A DNA stretch of 64,000 bases from NCBI GenBank assembly GCA_977862235.1, contig OZ374558.1, positions 3,348,001 to 3,412,000 of the forward strand, given 5' to 3'. Below are positions 37,629-50,299 of this stretch, piece after piece; the first letter of the stretch is position 1; each line of letters begins with the position of its first letter. This DNA is from Dudresnaya verticillata. Its lineage: Eukaryota. The notes beneath the pieces are model-generated. The model did no database searches, had not been told where the DNA came from, and saw nothing but the letters and a program-made list of their open reading frames with translations. A program made the translations under genes and the position numbers.

Positions 37629-38066
37629 ATGAACTCCCTAACCACAACCCTGTTCATCGCGTTGCTCGCGCTAGCCGCAGCAACAGTTCCGGCAGCTCCG
37701 CAGGTGGACGACTCCCTCTCCGCGGTAATGCGGCAGAAGGGCCCGTGCGCCAAGGTGATGTTCAGCCGGTCGATCGATTCGACGGTGTGCAAGCGCGGCA
37801 AGCGCCTCAACGTGATCCGCATGGACGTCAAGCTGGGCGTGGTGGACCTCGGGCTGCGCGTGACGCTGCGCTGCATCTCCAAGGGGCGCGCCAAGAACGT
37901 CAGCAAGAGAATCATCAAGTGCGCCAAGCTGCTGCTCAAGCGCTGTCGCTGCGTCACCGACATCAGGAAGGACTTTTGCGTCAAGCAGCAGGTCAACACC
38001 TGCTCGCAGCAATTCTTGTTCGAGGTTTTGGCTAGCCCGTCGCCGAGCGCTGTTGGGACGATGTAA
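37629..38066 (+). CDS. Small secreted cationic 8-Cys protein B (145 aa)
   Basis: Signal peptide MNSLTTTLFIALLALAAA; Cys spacing identical to protein A; shared KRCxC...RKDFC..QV.TC. Confidence 0.85.
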   Translation: MNSLTTTLFIALLALAAATVPAAPQVDDSLSAVMRQKGPCAKVMFSRSIDSTVCKRGKRLNVIRMDVKLGVVDLGLRVTLRCISKGRAKNVSKRIIKCAKLLLKRCRCVTDIRKDFCVKQQVNTCSQQFLFEVLASPSPSAVGTM

Positions 38067-39238
38067 TGGGCCGTGCGTTGAGGGGGTTTTTGTTAGGTTT
38101 TGAATGGGAAGTAGATTTCGTAGTGCTAAGTCGATAGTTAGGAGGATGTGAAGCACGCGGGAGAGTTGGCCATCTGTGCGATCTTTCAATAGAGAAAGTG
38201 AGTAGAGTGGTTTGCCCGATGAAGGCCTCTGTCCGTGTTCGTAAACTTTTTGCTGTCGTCATCAATTTAGCTTCCTTTTACGAGCAGTGCGGAAGATACG
38301 GTACATTGCGGAAGATACGGTGCATTGCGGAAAGGGAGAGAGTATCGTTTAAGCAAACATTTCTCGCGGCCTGTTGGCGTTGACGAGGAAAAGGAAAAAA
38401 AAGATGGAGCGGTGCCGGAAACTCTTGGCACCTCGGCAAACAGGACAGGAAAGCCCATCGTGTAACCAAGCAACGCCCGGCGCTTGAGCCTGGAGAGAAC
38501 GCGGTCGTACTGCGTGGGCGATCGATCGAGGTGAGTGTGCTAGTTGTAACCAAGTTTTGAGAGCGTCGTTAGCGTCGCGACGACCTTGGCGTGTGATGCA
38601 CAATTGTCAACGCTGTGGAAATGCGCCTTCCTCTCTTCGCGGTAGTCAACACCCGCGTCCTCGAAATCCGGATTATACGTGTCGATCTGGATCTCCCCTC
38701 GTTGCACCATTGGCCCAAGTGGACCAACAAACGCACGGAACACGGCGACTACAGTAACGGTAGTGCGGTACTGTTGTCTGCACAGTTGTACTGTACTGTT
38801 GAGAAGCTGATTGATTGGGATCGAGTCGGAAGCAAACGAGCTGCCGCGAGCTGCGCCGCGAAAAGGAGCTGCGCCCGCGCCGATCCGCGACATCACCTCG
38901 GCCGTGAGGGAGAGACAAGACGCAACAGACTTTCTCGACTTTATCGCCTTTGTTGTGGCACGCAACCGGCCTTGCTATCCCACAGTTGCAAGAGCGCCCA
39001 GCCTCGGTCGCATTCCTTCGCGCCTCTCACAGTCGCGCGGCCCCAGCCGCTCTCTCGCAGCGCGCTGCTTACTGTCATGCTGCCGCCCGCCGTCTAACGT
39101 CGCGTCCGCGGAATCACGCCGCGAGCCATGCTCCCCGACGCCTTTGCGGAGGCTCCTGCCATGTTCAAGGATGAAATTCACGCCGTGCGGCGCCTTGGCC
39201 AGCGACCGGATGCGACATACGTCGTTCAAGCCTCACCG

Positions 39239-42200
39239 TTAGTCGATGACGTTCAAGATTGCCAGACGTCCGTGGGTATCGGACCCATCATAGTCCTCGC
39301 CAAGACGCACAGCAAAAGTCTTCTCGTCTCGACTGGCCTGCATCTCCACCACGTCGTACCCAAAACTGGCCATGACTTTCTCGCCCTGATCGTCTACGCG
39401 GACGATATCTTTTCCTCTCGCCTTGAAACGCCGCGGGTTCTTTCTCCGGTCCTCAGCAGACGGTGACGGTGAAAGATGCAAAAACTGCTGGCAGAGCTCA
39501 CCCCATTGCCGATCCCCATCCGCGGAGCGCTTGTGGTGCACGCAACGCCCAGTCTGAACATCCCAGACGCGTAGAACCCCATCATGCGACTTTGAGACCA
39601 CGCGCATGCCGTCGTCGCTTACTGCGACGCGTTCTATCTTGCTATCAAACCCGGCGATATTGCTTTCGACCTCGTCCCAACCTGTCGTGCCATAGTCCCA
39701 CACTTCGATCTTACGATTATCCGTGCCTAATACCACTTTGGTGCCGTCCGAACTGAACGCCGCCGCCCTTGCCCTTGCATTATTATAATTGCTCACGGAA
39801 TGCTCTGGCTCCCCATCCTCTGCGTTCCAAAATACAAGCACAGGCCCTCCCGACACCACACGCCTGCCATCCGCCGTAATGGCTACAGCTGACACAAAAT
39901 ACTTCATAGAATTCACGAACATCTGCTCGAACATATTACGCGGAGTAGCGGACCGCCTTTCAACATCCCATACTTGAATCGTTCCAGCTCCTGCAGACGC
40001 CACAAGCGTTCCATCAGCGTTCAACGACACACTCTCAACAAGGCATCTGTTTCCCATGAAAACAGTTGACACTGTATCCCCGGTTTCCCAATCCATCACA
40101 TAAACCATTTCATCATCCCAAGCTGCCGCTCTGGTGCCGTCCGCGCTAGTTGCAAGGCTACTAATCTTTCTCATCGCAACCTGTTGAACAAAAAGAGCTC
40201 GCAGGTCTCTTGCGACCGGCTCCTCGGCCTGTGTGTCCCATATTCTTAGGACCCCGCTCATCTCGTCTGCTGCGACCACTCGTGTCCCGGTGACATTTAT
40301 TGCCATCGTCGTGACTAACTTCTTCTCTCCCCGAAACACTTCCATCCGTAGTCTGTTCGCTGCAGAAACTATCTGCGCCTCACCACTGGCCAGCCGCAAA
40401 GTACTATCCGCATCATCCGTGTTCTCCGTGACAACCCTCAACCACTTCTTGCTATCCGTCATAGCTTCTCCCAGCACTTCTCCTGTCTGGGCATCCCACA
40501 CTCGGCATGTCCCGTCAATTGCAACCGACACCACAAATATACCATCTGCACTAACCCCAATGCTGTTCACTTCTCCCCATCGCCCAGCGAATGCATCACC
40601 TACCATTGTCCCGCCTTTTGTTTCCCACCAACGAACCGACCCATCATTGAAACCCATCAAAACTCGCTGCCCATCTGCTGAAATCGCTCCCACAAACGCG
40701 TACACACTCTGTTGCGCCCTATCTTCATCTGAGCTTCCCCACTCCAGTTCGGTTTCAACCCCGTACTCATACGTACCGCTTTCCGCTCCTCCTTCGCCGA
40801 CATTGATAGGCTCGTGCTTTAGTGTCACAATGTCGTTGGAACCACTTTGAAAATGCTTTCCAACGAAAAGCTCGCCCTTGCTGTTTGTCCCACAACTCAT
40901 CACTGTTCGTCCTTCCATAAAGAGCATATGGTAAACCGTATAAGAAACTTCACATGATTGCAACAGGGGATCACCAGCACCCCTCAAACATGGTGTTACT
41001 GCCTTGATCCATGGTTTCGATGCACACTTCTCCACCTCAGCCATCATCTTCCCTTTCCATTGTTGAGGCCCGGGAGTTGCCAGAAGTCTCGCATACAACT
41101 GGAACCAAGCTCCAGTTGGGCTCCCCGCCGCGTACGATAGACTCATCCTGACTATGTCGCACAAGAAGTGCAGCACCTTCCTATCGTTCACTTGCTCGGT
41201 TTCAGATGAATTACGCTCTGCTTCAGGTTCAGCACCATGCGCTGCGACATCCCACCCACCCTCATCCCCTTCCCGCGAATTCAGGTAAGACTGCACATCA
41301 CCCTCAAACTGGAAAATAGCATTCATCGTCATCATTTTAACCACCCATTGCGGATGGCTCAGCATCTTGTACACTTCCCCGCTACCGCTTGCCCTTTGAA
41401 CAATTCTGCACATGTTCCGCACTATATACCCGTCATCCTCAACTTGTGCCGGCCAGCATCCCCCGTCAATGACCGTCTTCGGTAACTCCGATTTGTACCC
41501 TTCAAGCATCTGCTTGAACCATATTGACAATTCCTCATGTTTTTCCGCTTCAGACTTTGTGAAGTCGTGTACGAGGTCATGAAGCCGGAGCCCCAAACAC
41601 TTCGTACCTCCAACATCTCGATACTCCGAATCCGCAACCCCCACGCCTTCCATTGCCTTTATCATCTTCCTCGTCTCCAAATCATCGGAATTGCCCCAAA
41701 GATGCCGCAGCGCTGGCACAGGAATCCAATCTTGTTTTTGCATAACGCACAGACGCCGATGCAATTCACGGTAGGTCGACCGTTCATGGCCATGTTCACC
41801 TTGACTCGACGACTTGTCCAGAAATTCCAATGCAACAAGCAATGCCACACCATACCCTGGGTAGTTATCCCTCGTTGCCGTCTCTACCAATTCAAGTCGT
41901 CTGAAAGACTCGAGATATATCTTCCATGCAGCCCTCCTATTGCCGCTGTCCATCGCCCTTCTGTCAGATTTAACTCCAGTTCCGCAAAGGTTCAGTGCAA
42001 AAGGTAAACCGGCGCAGATCTTCAAGATTTCATCAATGGCTTCAGAACATTCTTCATCTTGTAATTCTGCCTCAAGATTATCCTCAACCCCGGCAACGCG
42101 AAGAAGGATATTCTTTGACACTGGGCCCAACGGGTCCCGCGAATCGAATCGCACCGTGTCACCTACTAGCGCAAGTTGGTCGTCGTGCCTTGTAGAATAC

Positions 42201-43269
42201 AACAACCGGCTTCCCTTGCATTGGTCTCTCCCGTCGCTTGCTAGAACTGCAACTCGACTCAGAATGTCGCTATTGATGTCATTCGACGCCCACACGTCAT
42301 CAAGGATGAACAGACATGCCTCTTCCTGCTCCGCAAACCATGTAGCATCCTTCCGAATCACAACGTCCAAATCACTCTGTCGTTTCAATTCCTGTGCTCG
42401 ATGCCTCCCTCCAGACTCGTCAACAATGCCGCACAGCTGCTGAAGCAGTTTCTCAACATCCCCGTCGGCCCCCATTCTCATGAAGTAGGTCCTACCTGGA
42501 AAGCGCTGCTGGACATCAGCCTCCCCAGCAATTGCACACAATGCGCTAGTCTTGCCGACACCGCTCTTTCCTTCTGATATTGCTCCAACCGAGCTACTAG
42601 TAGCGCCATGAAGTACTAGCCTCTTTAGCTTTCCCTCGAACGTAATGGGGGTTGTTCCATCATCTCCTGTTGACGTATAGTCCATTACGATCAGCTTGGA
42701 GATTTTAGGTGTGGTTCTTGCAGCCCTGAATACATCTGTGCCACCGCCTTCCACCTTCAGATCGATGTGCTCAAGTATGGTATCCGTTTGCACTTGAGAT
42801 ACCTCGGCGAATGTATCAATGATTTCCTCCTTGTTTCTTTCTGCCTGGATTGCCTGGCCGATGGTGCCGCAGAGTCCCACAACAGTGCGCCTAGCATCAG
42901 CAGCGTCTCCTTTAAGAACATCAAACGTGGTTGCGTTTCGCATGGCGTGCGACCATCCATAGCGCCGCCCGCTAAGCCGGCGTTGCTTGTGGTTCAACTT
43001 CTCCAGTGTCTTCTTGGCGAATGCATGGATGTCTTTGACTTCTTTTTTGATGATGGCGACACTCTCAGACGGGAAGGAATCCGGCTTCCCATGGAGAAGC
43101 GTTGTAATCCTGGCCAGGTCGGCCGCGATGCTTCGTAGGCCATCACCAGCTCAGCAGCGTCACCAGGGTTGTTGTCGACTGCTTCGCAGCGCTCCTTAAT
43201 GCTCTTGGCGACTTGAACAAGTTGCTGTACTGGGCCCGTGAGGCCTAGCACTAAGCCAGCGATCTCCAT
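39239..43269 (-). CDS. STAND NTPase: N-terminal helical domain + NB-ARC + WD40 repeats (NLR/Apaf-1-like); single-base frameshift at ~43146
   Basis: P-loop GKSGVGKT, Walker B LFILDDVW, LLYSTR, CAGLPFAL, RLHDLVHDF; C-terminal WD40 repeats (DGTCRVWD, GVLRIWD, DGVLRVWD). N-terminus MEIAGLVLGL joins the main frame with one added G. Confidence 0.88.
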
Positions 43270-44609
43270 GTTCTCCGCAGCACAACAGGTTGGGGCAAGG
43301 CTGGTCGCGAGGGAGAAGAGTGAGTGAGTGTGAAGGCAGGAACGAAACGAAGCGCTGCAGTGCTGGCTGCCGGCTGCAGGCGATGGGGTTATGGGGTGCA
43401 CGCTCGCAAGCATTGTATACTGTACACATCAACAAGCACACGAAAGCAACGCCAATGTGCGCAAGACGCGAATACACGTGCACAGTGCGTCGTGCCGCCA
43501 CCACCATGGAATATGGCCGCTGCTGTACGGCACCCTTCAGGTAAGTGGGTAACCTTATTACTGTGACTTACCCCGCAAGCCGGTGCGAGACCATCTCGCC
43601 ATGAGGGCGAGTCGCGCGGCACACAACAACGGGGGCGTCGACCAACAACGGGTGGGCACCTCTTGCTGCGCCACTAGCGACTATGAGCGCTGCACGACTG
43701 TGCGTAAATTCCGTGTTCGTGCCGCAAGGCACATTTTGTTTGTTTGCGACACTGCGATTGCGCGACCAGCGTGTGGAGAGGAGCCCGGCACATTGGGAAT
43801 GGGCAGCTCACATTGCGCATCTTGTGAAAGTGAGTGTGAAGAGCAGTTTGTTCGAAAGGAGTGGATCGCCTTGCCTTCTCCTCTTCTGATGTTGGAACGG
43901 ATGGAACCGTGTAGGGTCGAGCGCAAATGATTTATCTGTAAAATTATCGGTCCGGTAACCTCGGCAGCAAACTCAAGGGTTCGAGTATTCGCCGCCGCCG
44001 CCGCCGCGCGCTGCGTACTTCGACCCCTCCGTGTTCCCGACGCTAGACGGGCGCTGGGGGTAAGAGGGAATAAGTAAAACAGTGTGCTGCTACAGCTTCA
44101 CGTTTACTCTCGCCCGTCGCGCTGCACTGACCATCTAGTGTACGTTACTCCCTTCTTCTATCCCTCGCGCGCACTTGCTTGCGCTAGTAAGGAGGCTATT
44201 GGAAGCGTTGACCGACATCCTCCTCCTCCTCCTGGCCTCGCCATGCGATATTTTCTTATGCAGCGCAAAGCACACTACAGCAGTGAGGGGGCCGCCTAAC
44301 CAGCGGCGAAGTCGTGGTACCGCATGACATCTTAACTGGTACGTAACACGTTACAGTCAATGCGCGGTGGGACAGTGTCCCATCCTGAGCCAATTGAAGA
44401 AATAGTATGCCGGAGGCCGGCCTCACCTGAGCAAGTGCGTGCGAGCGGACTCTTAACAATTCAAAGCACTGGGCGCGTGGGGCACTCGGCCGCCACGCCG
44501 TCTATTTCAGTGCTTTATGGCCACTACTGTAATGAAGCTGTAAGTCTGCCTACAAGAACCCATCCGGAGACACTGTCTCGCCCGTTTGATCCCCATCCTA
44601 CCCATCACC

Positions 44610-45284
44610 TCACGCACTTTCGTCCACCGCCTTGCGGCCCGGGCACTTCTTGGCGCGGTAGAGCCTGAAGTTGGAAGCGCAGCTCGGCGCGACGAAAGCG
44701 CAGTCGGGGCAGCTCGTGCAAACCGGCCCCTTCTTCGCCGGGATCGAGCACAGAATCAGGCACACAATCTTGGGGCACACATCGCGTGCCAGCTTGGGCC
44801 ACTTCCCGCAGCGGATCACGCGCGTCCGCCCCCGCCTCTTCAGCACGCATCTCGCCCTGAACCCGTGTCTGGAGCAGTACGACAGCGAGCACGGCGGTGT
44901 GCCTGTCGGCGACGTAGACGGCGACGGCGACGGCGTGCGCAGAGCGGAGCACGCCTTCTTCGACGGCTTGAACAGGCGGAAGTTGGTCCGGCAGCTCTCG
45001 AACGGGAACCGGCATGCCGGACACCCGTCCTTGCAGTACGGCCCCTTCTTCGGAAGGTCGACGCACGCTACCTCGCACACGATTTTCGGGCACGCGTCGG
45101 GGTCAACCTTCGACCACTTCTTGCATGTCAGCTTGACGCCTTTCCCGGACTTTTTCATGAACGTGCACCTGGCCTTCGCTCCGAGTTGCACGCAGGTCTG
45201 CAGCGAACATCGCGGTAATGGGCTGGTTGACGCGTGAACAGAATGTATCAGCAAGATGACGATGAGGAAAGCCCGCACCGACAT
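44610..45284 (-). CDS. Secreted cationic protein with two tandem 12-Cys domains and a Ser/Pro/Thr linker (224 aa)
   Basis: Signal peptide MSVRAFLIVILLIHSVHA; two repeats CSL..C...G..ARC...C.KW...CPKIVC...C..P.KKGP.C..CP.C....SC..NFRL....K.C; linker TPSPSPSTSPTGTPP. Confidence 0.85.
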   Translation of the reverse strand: MSVRAFLIVILLIHSVHASTSPLPRCSLQTCVQLGAKARCTFMKKSGKGVKLTCKKWSKVDPDACPKIVCEVACVDLPKKGPYCKDGCPACRFPFESCRTNFRLFKPSKKACSALRTPSPSPSTSPTGTPPCSLSYCSRHGFRARCVLKRRGRTRVIRCGKWPKLARDVCPKIVCLILCSIPAKKGPVCTSCPDCAFVAPSCASNFRLYRAKKCPGRKAVDESA

Positions 45285-46152
45285 AGCGAACCCTCTTTCC
45301 GGTACAATTCTTTGTTGCTACACTAGTCCCCGAAGACTGCGAAGAAGCGTCTTTGCAGATTGTCGTCGAGGTTTCAGAGTCCGTTGGAGTGGAGTCTACT
45401 CAAATAGTGCTTAGGTGAGATTGTTACCAACTCTAGGCCCTTGCAAATTCAATCTTGGCGGTGCTTCCCTTCGTCGCCATCCTACATCGAGGTTGGTTGC
45501 ATCAAGGGCAGACATCCTGGGAGAGAGATGAGGGAAAATGTGAGTGTCGCAAGGGCAATGGGCGATCTCACCGCGCAGGAGAGCGGAACCAACGAATTGC
45601 ATCGCGCGCCGTCACTTTCTGATCTGCGAGCAGTCGACCGGCATCGTTGTACAAAAGCCATTCGTCGAGCAATTCAAACGCTGTAATGGCTACGTTGTAA
45701 GGCACAACTATTTGTGTGTCCGTCCGGCACATGTCTCAGAGAATCAGTGTAACGCGCGAAAACACGCTGGTCATATGTGCGTTAGAAACGAATAGTCCCC
45801 TTAGAGCTTTTTACTTGCAACTACCGTACAGGAATGCTTGCAGAAAATTGTGAGCCGCCCTCCAATAACGGACAGATGCATACTTTCCCAGAACACCTGG
45901 AGCATCCTTAATCAGAAGATAAAGTCCTTTCAAACTGTTTTGTAAACTATTGCGAGAATTGAAGTAGGCGTAGAGCCCCTCCCACCAGCTCTGATAAATG
46001 TCCCCTATATCTAAACACCAGGTAGTACATGTTTCTGGAACAAATCCACTTTGTCCATTTCAGGATGTTCCAATTATAGCTTCTAGATTTCTTTGCTATT
46101 TGCTGCTGCAAGTTGTGCCTCCACATTCCCACTTTCTACAATAGTTTCCACC

Positions 46153-47652
46153 TTAGGCGTCATCAATCCCCTTAACTTTCCGAGCGTACAATCTGTTTAG
46201 CTGCTTTGTGATCTCCTCGCAGATAACCGAGTGTTCGAACCCATACTTGGCCTCTAGATTGCGGTCGGGGTGGTAATGCCGAAACGCGACTTTTAACGCC
46301 CCCTTCAAATCATCGTCATCGAGTTTTTCCAGAGGACACTCCCCAACTTTGGGAGGGTACGTTTCGTACAAAAACTTTATCCCTTCCTTCTCGCCGTCCG
46401 TCAATCCAAGATTAATTCGAATTTCCTTCAACATGTCCTTGTGTTTCTCTATCACCGGCTCCTTGCGAGCGTCCGCATCCTTGCTCGACTCCTTCTGGTA
46501 CTTCTCCCGAGCCAAACGCGTCTTCTTTGCCCACTCAGCCGTCACGAAGGCTTGTGGTCCAATTGCTTCCAGGAGGTTAAAAGCTTGCGTGTAGTATAGC
46601 TTGGCTTTATCCGCGTCCTTAACGTCGGGAAACGCATCAAAGATCCCAGCTAGCATTGCCGCCGCCTCAGCTTCTTGGTCTAGAGACGTTTCTCTAGCCA
46701 GCACCTGTGCTTCTTTGAACAAGTCTATTGCAGGTAGAATTGACCACATCTCGTACTCACCGTCGTCGTTGCTAGAGCACCTATTGAGCTCTTCCCTCGC
46801 TTGCTTGAGCCTTTTGGCAGACTCTGCAGCACATGTTTGATACCATATCTGGCTGGTAAGGTCCTCGCTATCTGTCTCGGTGCGCGGAACGGGCGTTGTG
46901 GTGGCCACCAGCTTGCCGCGTACCTCGTCGAGAGCTGTGAGATGGTGCTCAGCCTCTCCAATGAAGGCAACGGCGTTTCTTGCGTCCCCGTGCGAGAGAC
47001 TCCGCACCGAAGACTTGTGAGCGGCGGCGGCAGAGTGGTAGTGAACCATGTACTTGACATGTAGGGGGCAGGGCTCGAAGGAGAGGATGTTTGAGAGACC
47101 AGACATGCGAACAGTGAATCTGGCTTGCTCCTCCTGGGATTGTTTCTCCGCTGGGCTCGAGGAAGAAGAGCCGCCGGACGCAGACGGTAGCTGCAGGTTG
47201 TCAGCAACAGCAATAAGCTCGGTGACGAGTTGCATATAATGGCTGTACGAAGCATACAGGGCGGCAATCCATTGCGGCGAATGGGAACCAGTCTGGTGCG
47301 AAGAGGAGCCAAGAACGGCGGCATTTCGGAAGGCGTCAACGGCCTCCCCGACTGCTTGGAAGAAGGTAGAGTCGACGGGGACGGAGGCGGTATCGGGGCA
47401 TGCGGCGCGGTCCCACTGCAGCCGAAGGTTTGCACACGCGAGAAGGTTCTTGCACGCCGAGGCGCGCTCGCGCGGGGCGACGTCGGGCGACGCGAAGGCG
47501 GCGGCGCGGCGGAACAGCGACTGCGCGACGAGGAGCTGCGCGTGGTCGTGCGCCGCGGCCGCGCGCGTGTACGCCTGCGTGCCGCGCGTGCGGATTTGCG
47601 CGCACATCTGCGTGGCGGTGTCCGCCACGACGGGGTCTTTTGGCGGGTGCAT
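46153..47652 (-). CDS. Helical-repeat (TPR-like) protein with C-terminal J-domain-like HPD motif
   Basis: Long intronless ORF of Ala-rich helices ending LKGALKVAFRHYHPDRN...ICEEITKQLNRLY; likely ATG at 47652. Confidence 0.7.
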   Translation of the reverse strand: MHPPKDPVVADTATQMCAQIRTRGTQAYTRAAAAHDHAQLLVAQSLFRRAAAFASPDVAPRERASACKNLLACANLRLQWDRAACPDTASVPVDSTFFQAVGEAVDAFRNAAVLGSSSHQTGSHSPQWIAALYASYSHYMQLVTELIAVADNLQLPSASGGSSSSSPAEKQSQEEQARFTVRMSGLSNILSFEPCPLHVKYMVHYHSAAAAHKSSVRSLSHGDARNAVAFIGEAEHHLTALDEVRGKLVATTTPVPRTETDSEDLTSQIWYQTCAAESAKRLKQAREELNRCSSNDDGEYEMWSILPAIDLFKEAQVLARETSLDQEAEAAAMLAGIFDAFPDVKDADKAKLYYTQAFNLLEAIGPQAFVTAEWAKKTRLAREKYQKESSKDADARKEPVIEKHKDMLKEIRINLGLTDGEKEGIKFLYETYPPKVGECPLEKLDDDDLKGALKVAFRHYHPDRNLEAKYGFEHSVICEEITKQLNRLYARKVKGIDDA

Positions 47653-50299
47653 GGCGCGTCGGAGGGGTGGCGGGTGTGGCGGGTGTGGCGGACGGGGATG
47701 TGCGCAGGGGGTGCGGTTGGAAGTGTTGTAGGGGTTGGTGGGCGGCAAGCGGGGTGATGTGGCTGGTACCGTGGAGGCGGGGAGTGTCTGCAGGGAGGGG
47801 CAATGCTTAGGGTTCGGTTGACAACAATGATGGCCGGCATTGCTGCCTTTGGGCCGCATTTTGTTGAGATGCTTCCCGGCCGGGCGGTGCATCTGCAACA
47901 GTAGGCGTGTACAACAGGAGAATTGGGGCCGTTGCGACACCGGCGGCAAAGTCGTGCCGAATTAGCCAATCCCATCCAAGTTTCATGGGATGTCTGCTTC
48001 TGTCATCCGTAGCCGGTCGACACGCGCGCGCGGCGTGAGAGTGGTGTACAATCACCGCTCTGCGGGCACGGCGCGCAGGGTCGCGGAACGCAGAGCAAGA
48101 GGCGCGAGCGGGGCGAAGCGGGGCGCGAGCGGAGCGAGCGGGTCAGAGAGGTGGGCGAGGTTTATCGAAGCAAGGGAAGAGGGCTACGGCAGACCACCGC
48201 GGCTGACGCAACGGACGTTCTCGTCAACGCTGCTTACTCTTCTACTTCGATCGTGCTCTCGAGGAGCGGGGTGGTCTGCAGTGGTCAGCGGGGCTTGAAG
48301 TAGCCCAGCCAGTTGCAGTCGGGCGCGCGCGTCGCGCGCGGACGGCGCGGTGGTCGCCGACGGCGGGAGCACTGTAAGGTATCTTACAGTGCGACTCTGC
48401 GACACAGATGGGTCCAAATCGACAGCTTCCGGCCATCGCCCCGTCTCGTTCGACCCTAACTGCACCTCTGCAGCATCCAACACCTCGACAGAGCCGACGC
48501 ACCAGACGTCACCGCAGTGTCATTTGTGTGCATGCGCACCTCTGACGCCCAGAGCCCTTTAACAGAGCCTGGATCCAACAGTCCACGAGCAGCAAGGCAT
48601 GCTTGGCAGCATCTCGCCCAGGCTAACTGACCACTACAGTTACACAAGAAGAGTTCTTCCCATCGCATCGACGCTTGAAGCTCTCCGAATAATGCCCAGT
48701 GAGGCCCGGCGCATTCCCAATATCGATAATATCTGTAAGGACAACTCCTCCGAGTTGAAAACACGTTCAACGGACAGTTGCGTCTCGCCCCGAGCTAGAA
48801 AGAAGCCCCTGCGTCATCAACAACGACATCCCTCCTCCGGTCTCCCTAATTCTAGCATGGCTGTTGCTACAACGACCCATCAGAAGAAACGAGAACGCCA
48901 CAGTTGCTCCTAACAGGACCTGGCCCGAGCCTCTCGCCGAATACGTCCACGCCCCACATGCAGACCAATACACGGCACGGGCTAAATTCTCTACGAAAAT
49001 GCTAAAAAGAGAGAGAGAGAGAAAGGAACTTTATTCAGAAGACCGAGACGGGCGCGTCGTCCCCCATTGATCTATCCGTTCAAAACACAGGGCAAGGCAA
49101 CGGCGATTAGATGCTAAATATTGATAGAGAAGCAAATGAGAATAAATCCTGCAGTATGGGCTGGCGTTTCATCCGCAGGTTTGCTCCCTCTGTATACCGA
49201 CCAATGATCCAAAGGACACGGTGCGCACCGGAACTGGAAAAATTTTCATAGACTTGACTGTCTGTGAGATCGTGATAATGAGAATATTTGGGGCGCTTAG
49301 CTTCGTGGGCAGCAGCGCCAGCTGGCCAGGAAGAGGCATGGCGATAGCGTGTCGTGAAGGGGGCAGCGACAGTGACGTCGTAGCCTTAGGCCCGCGGATT
49401 AAATAAATATGAGGGGCCAACGATATCCATGCGGTCAAGTTGTGGCAGTGGCAGGTGCCGCTCCGTAGGAAAGGAGTACTCAACATAAAAACAAATTATG
49501 GAGACCGTTATCCATAGGAAGACTACATGTACGCACTACAGCCCCCTAAGTGGGCCTAACTAGAACTCAAGTGAAAGGCAACAGTCGAGCAGTGTACGAC
49601 GGATAACAGCCACCGTGACATATTGAAGTACAAGAGAGGTGAGGTGTGTTAGAAGAGAGAGTTTCTCTTCATAAATGGGGCCAGCACCCAACTTGGGAAG
49701 CTCCAAAGCAAGGGCACCACGTAGAGAATTTTGACATCGAACAACACACCCTCACGTCGCATGCAAATGAAGGATCAAGCGAACGTGCATCAAGTGACAC
49801 CACCCGTCTGTACACAATGGGGATCTCAAGGATCCAAAATACGGAAAAGAGTCGAAGGCAAGTTAGAGGCATAAGAGCGTCTCTACCGCGAGTCTAAAAT
49901 CTATTCTGCAACGATTTTTCATTCACGGGCAGAAGGTGCGACCCTACCACAACATATGTAATCTATCCCACATAAATATAAATATATATATAAGTCCACG
50001 AGCCCTAATGTGGACTCCCAAGTGCGCCTGCACATGGGCCTAAGCTGCCCGCGTAGGACCACTATTAAAACAACAATTAAAGAACAACATCACATAATTT
50101 TCGATAGATTAGATTCAGAAATGATTCTATTGGGGCCACGATAGACACACATCGTGGCCTATTCTATCCACCTGCTCTGACAAGACACGACACACAGTTG
50201 GCTGAAGCAAACCTGCTCGGCAAATGTTTCCCAACAGAGCCAAATAAAATCAAAGACACGCTCAGCCTCACCGACACCCTCGGTCACACCATTCCGACT

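Noticed and set aside
38289..38333. 19-bp tandem repeat gcggaagatacggt.catt
   Set aside because: Simple local duplication of about 2.3 units.
46725..47975. 416-aa overlapping ORF
   Set aside because: Alternative-frame shadow of the GC-rich J-like gene.
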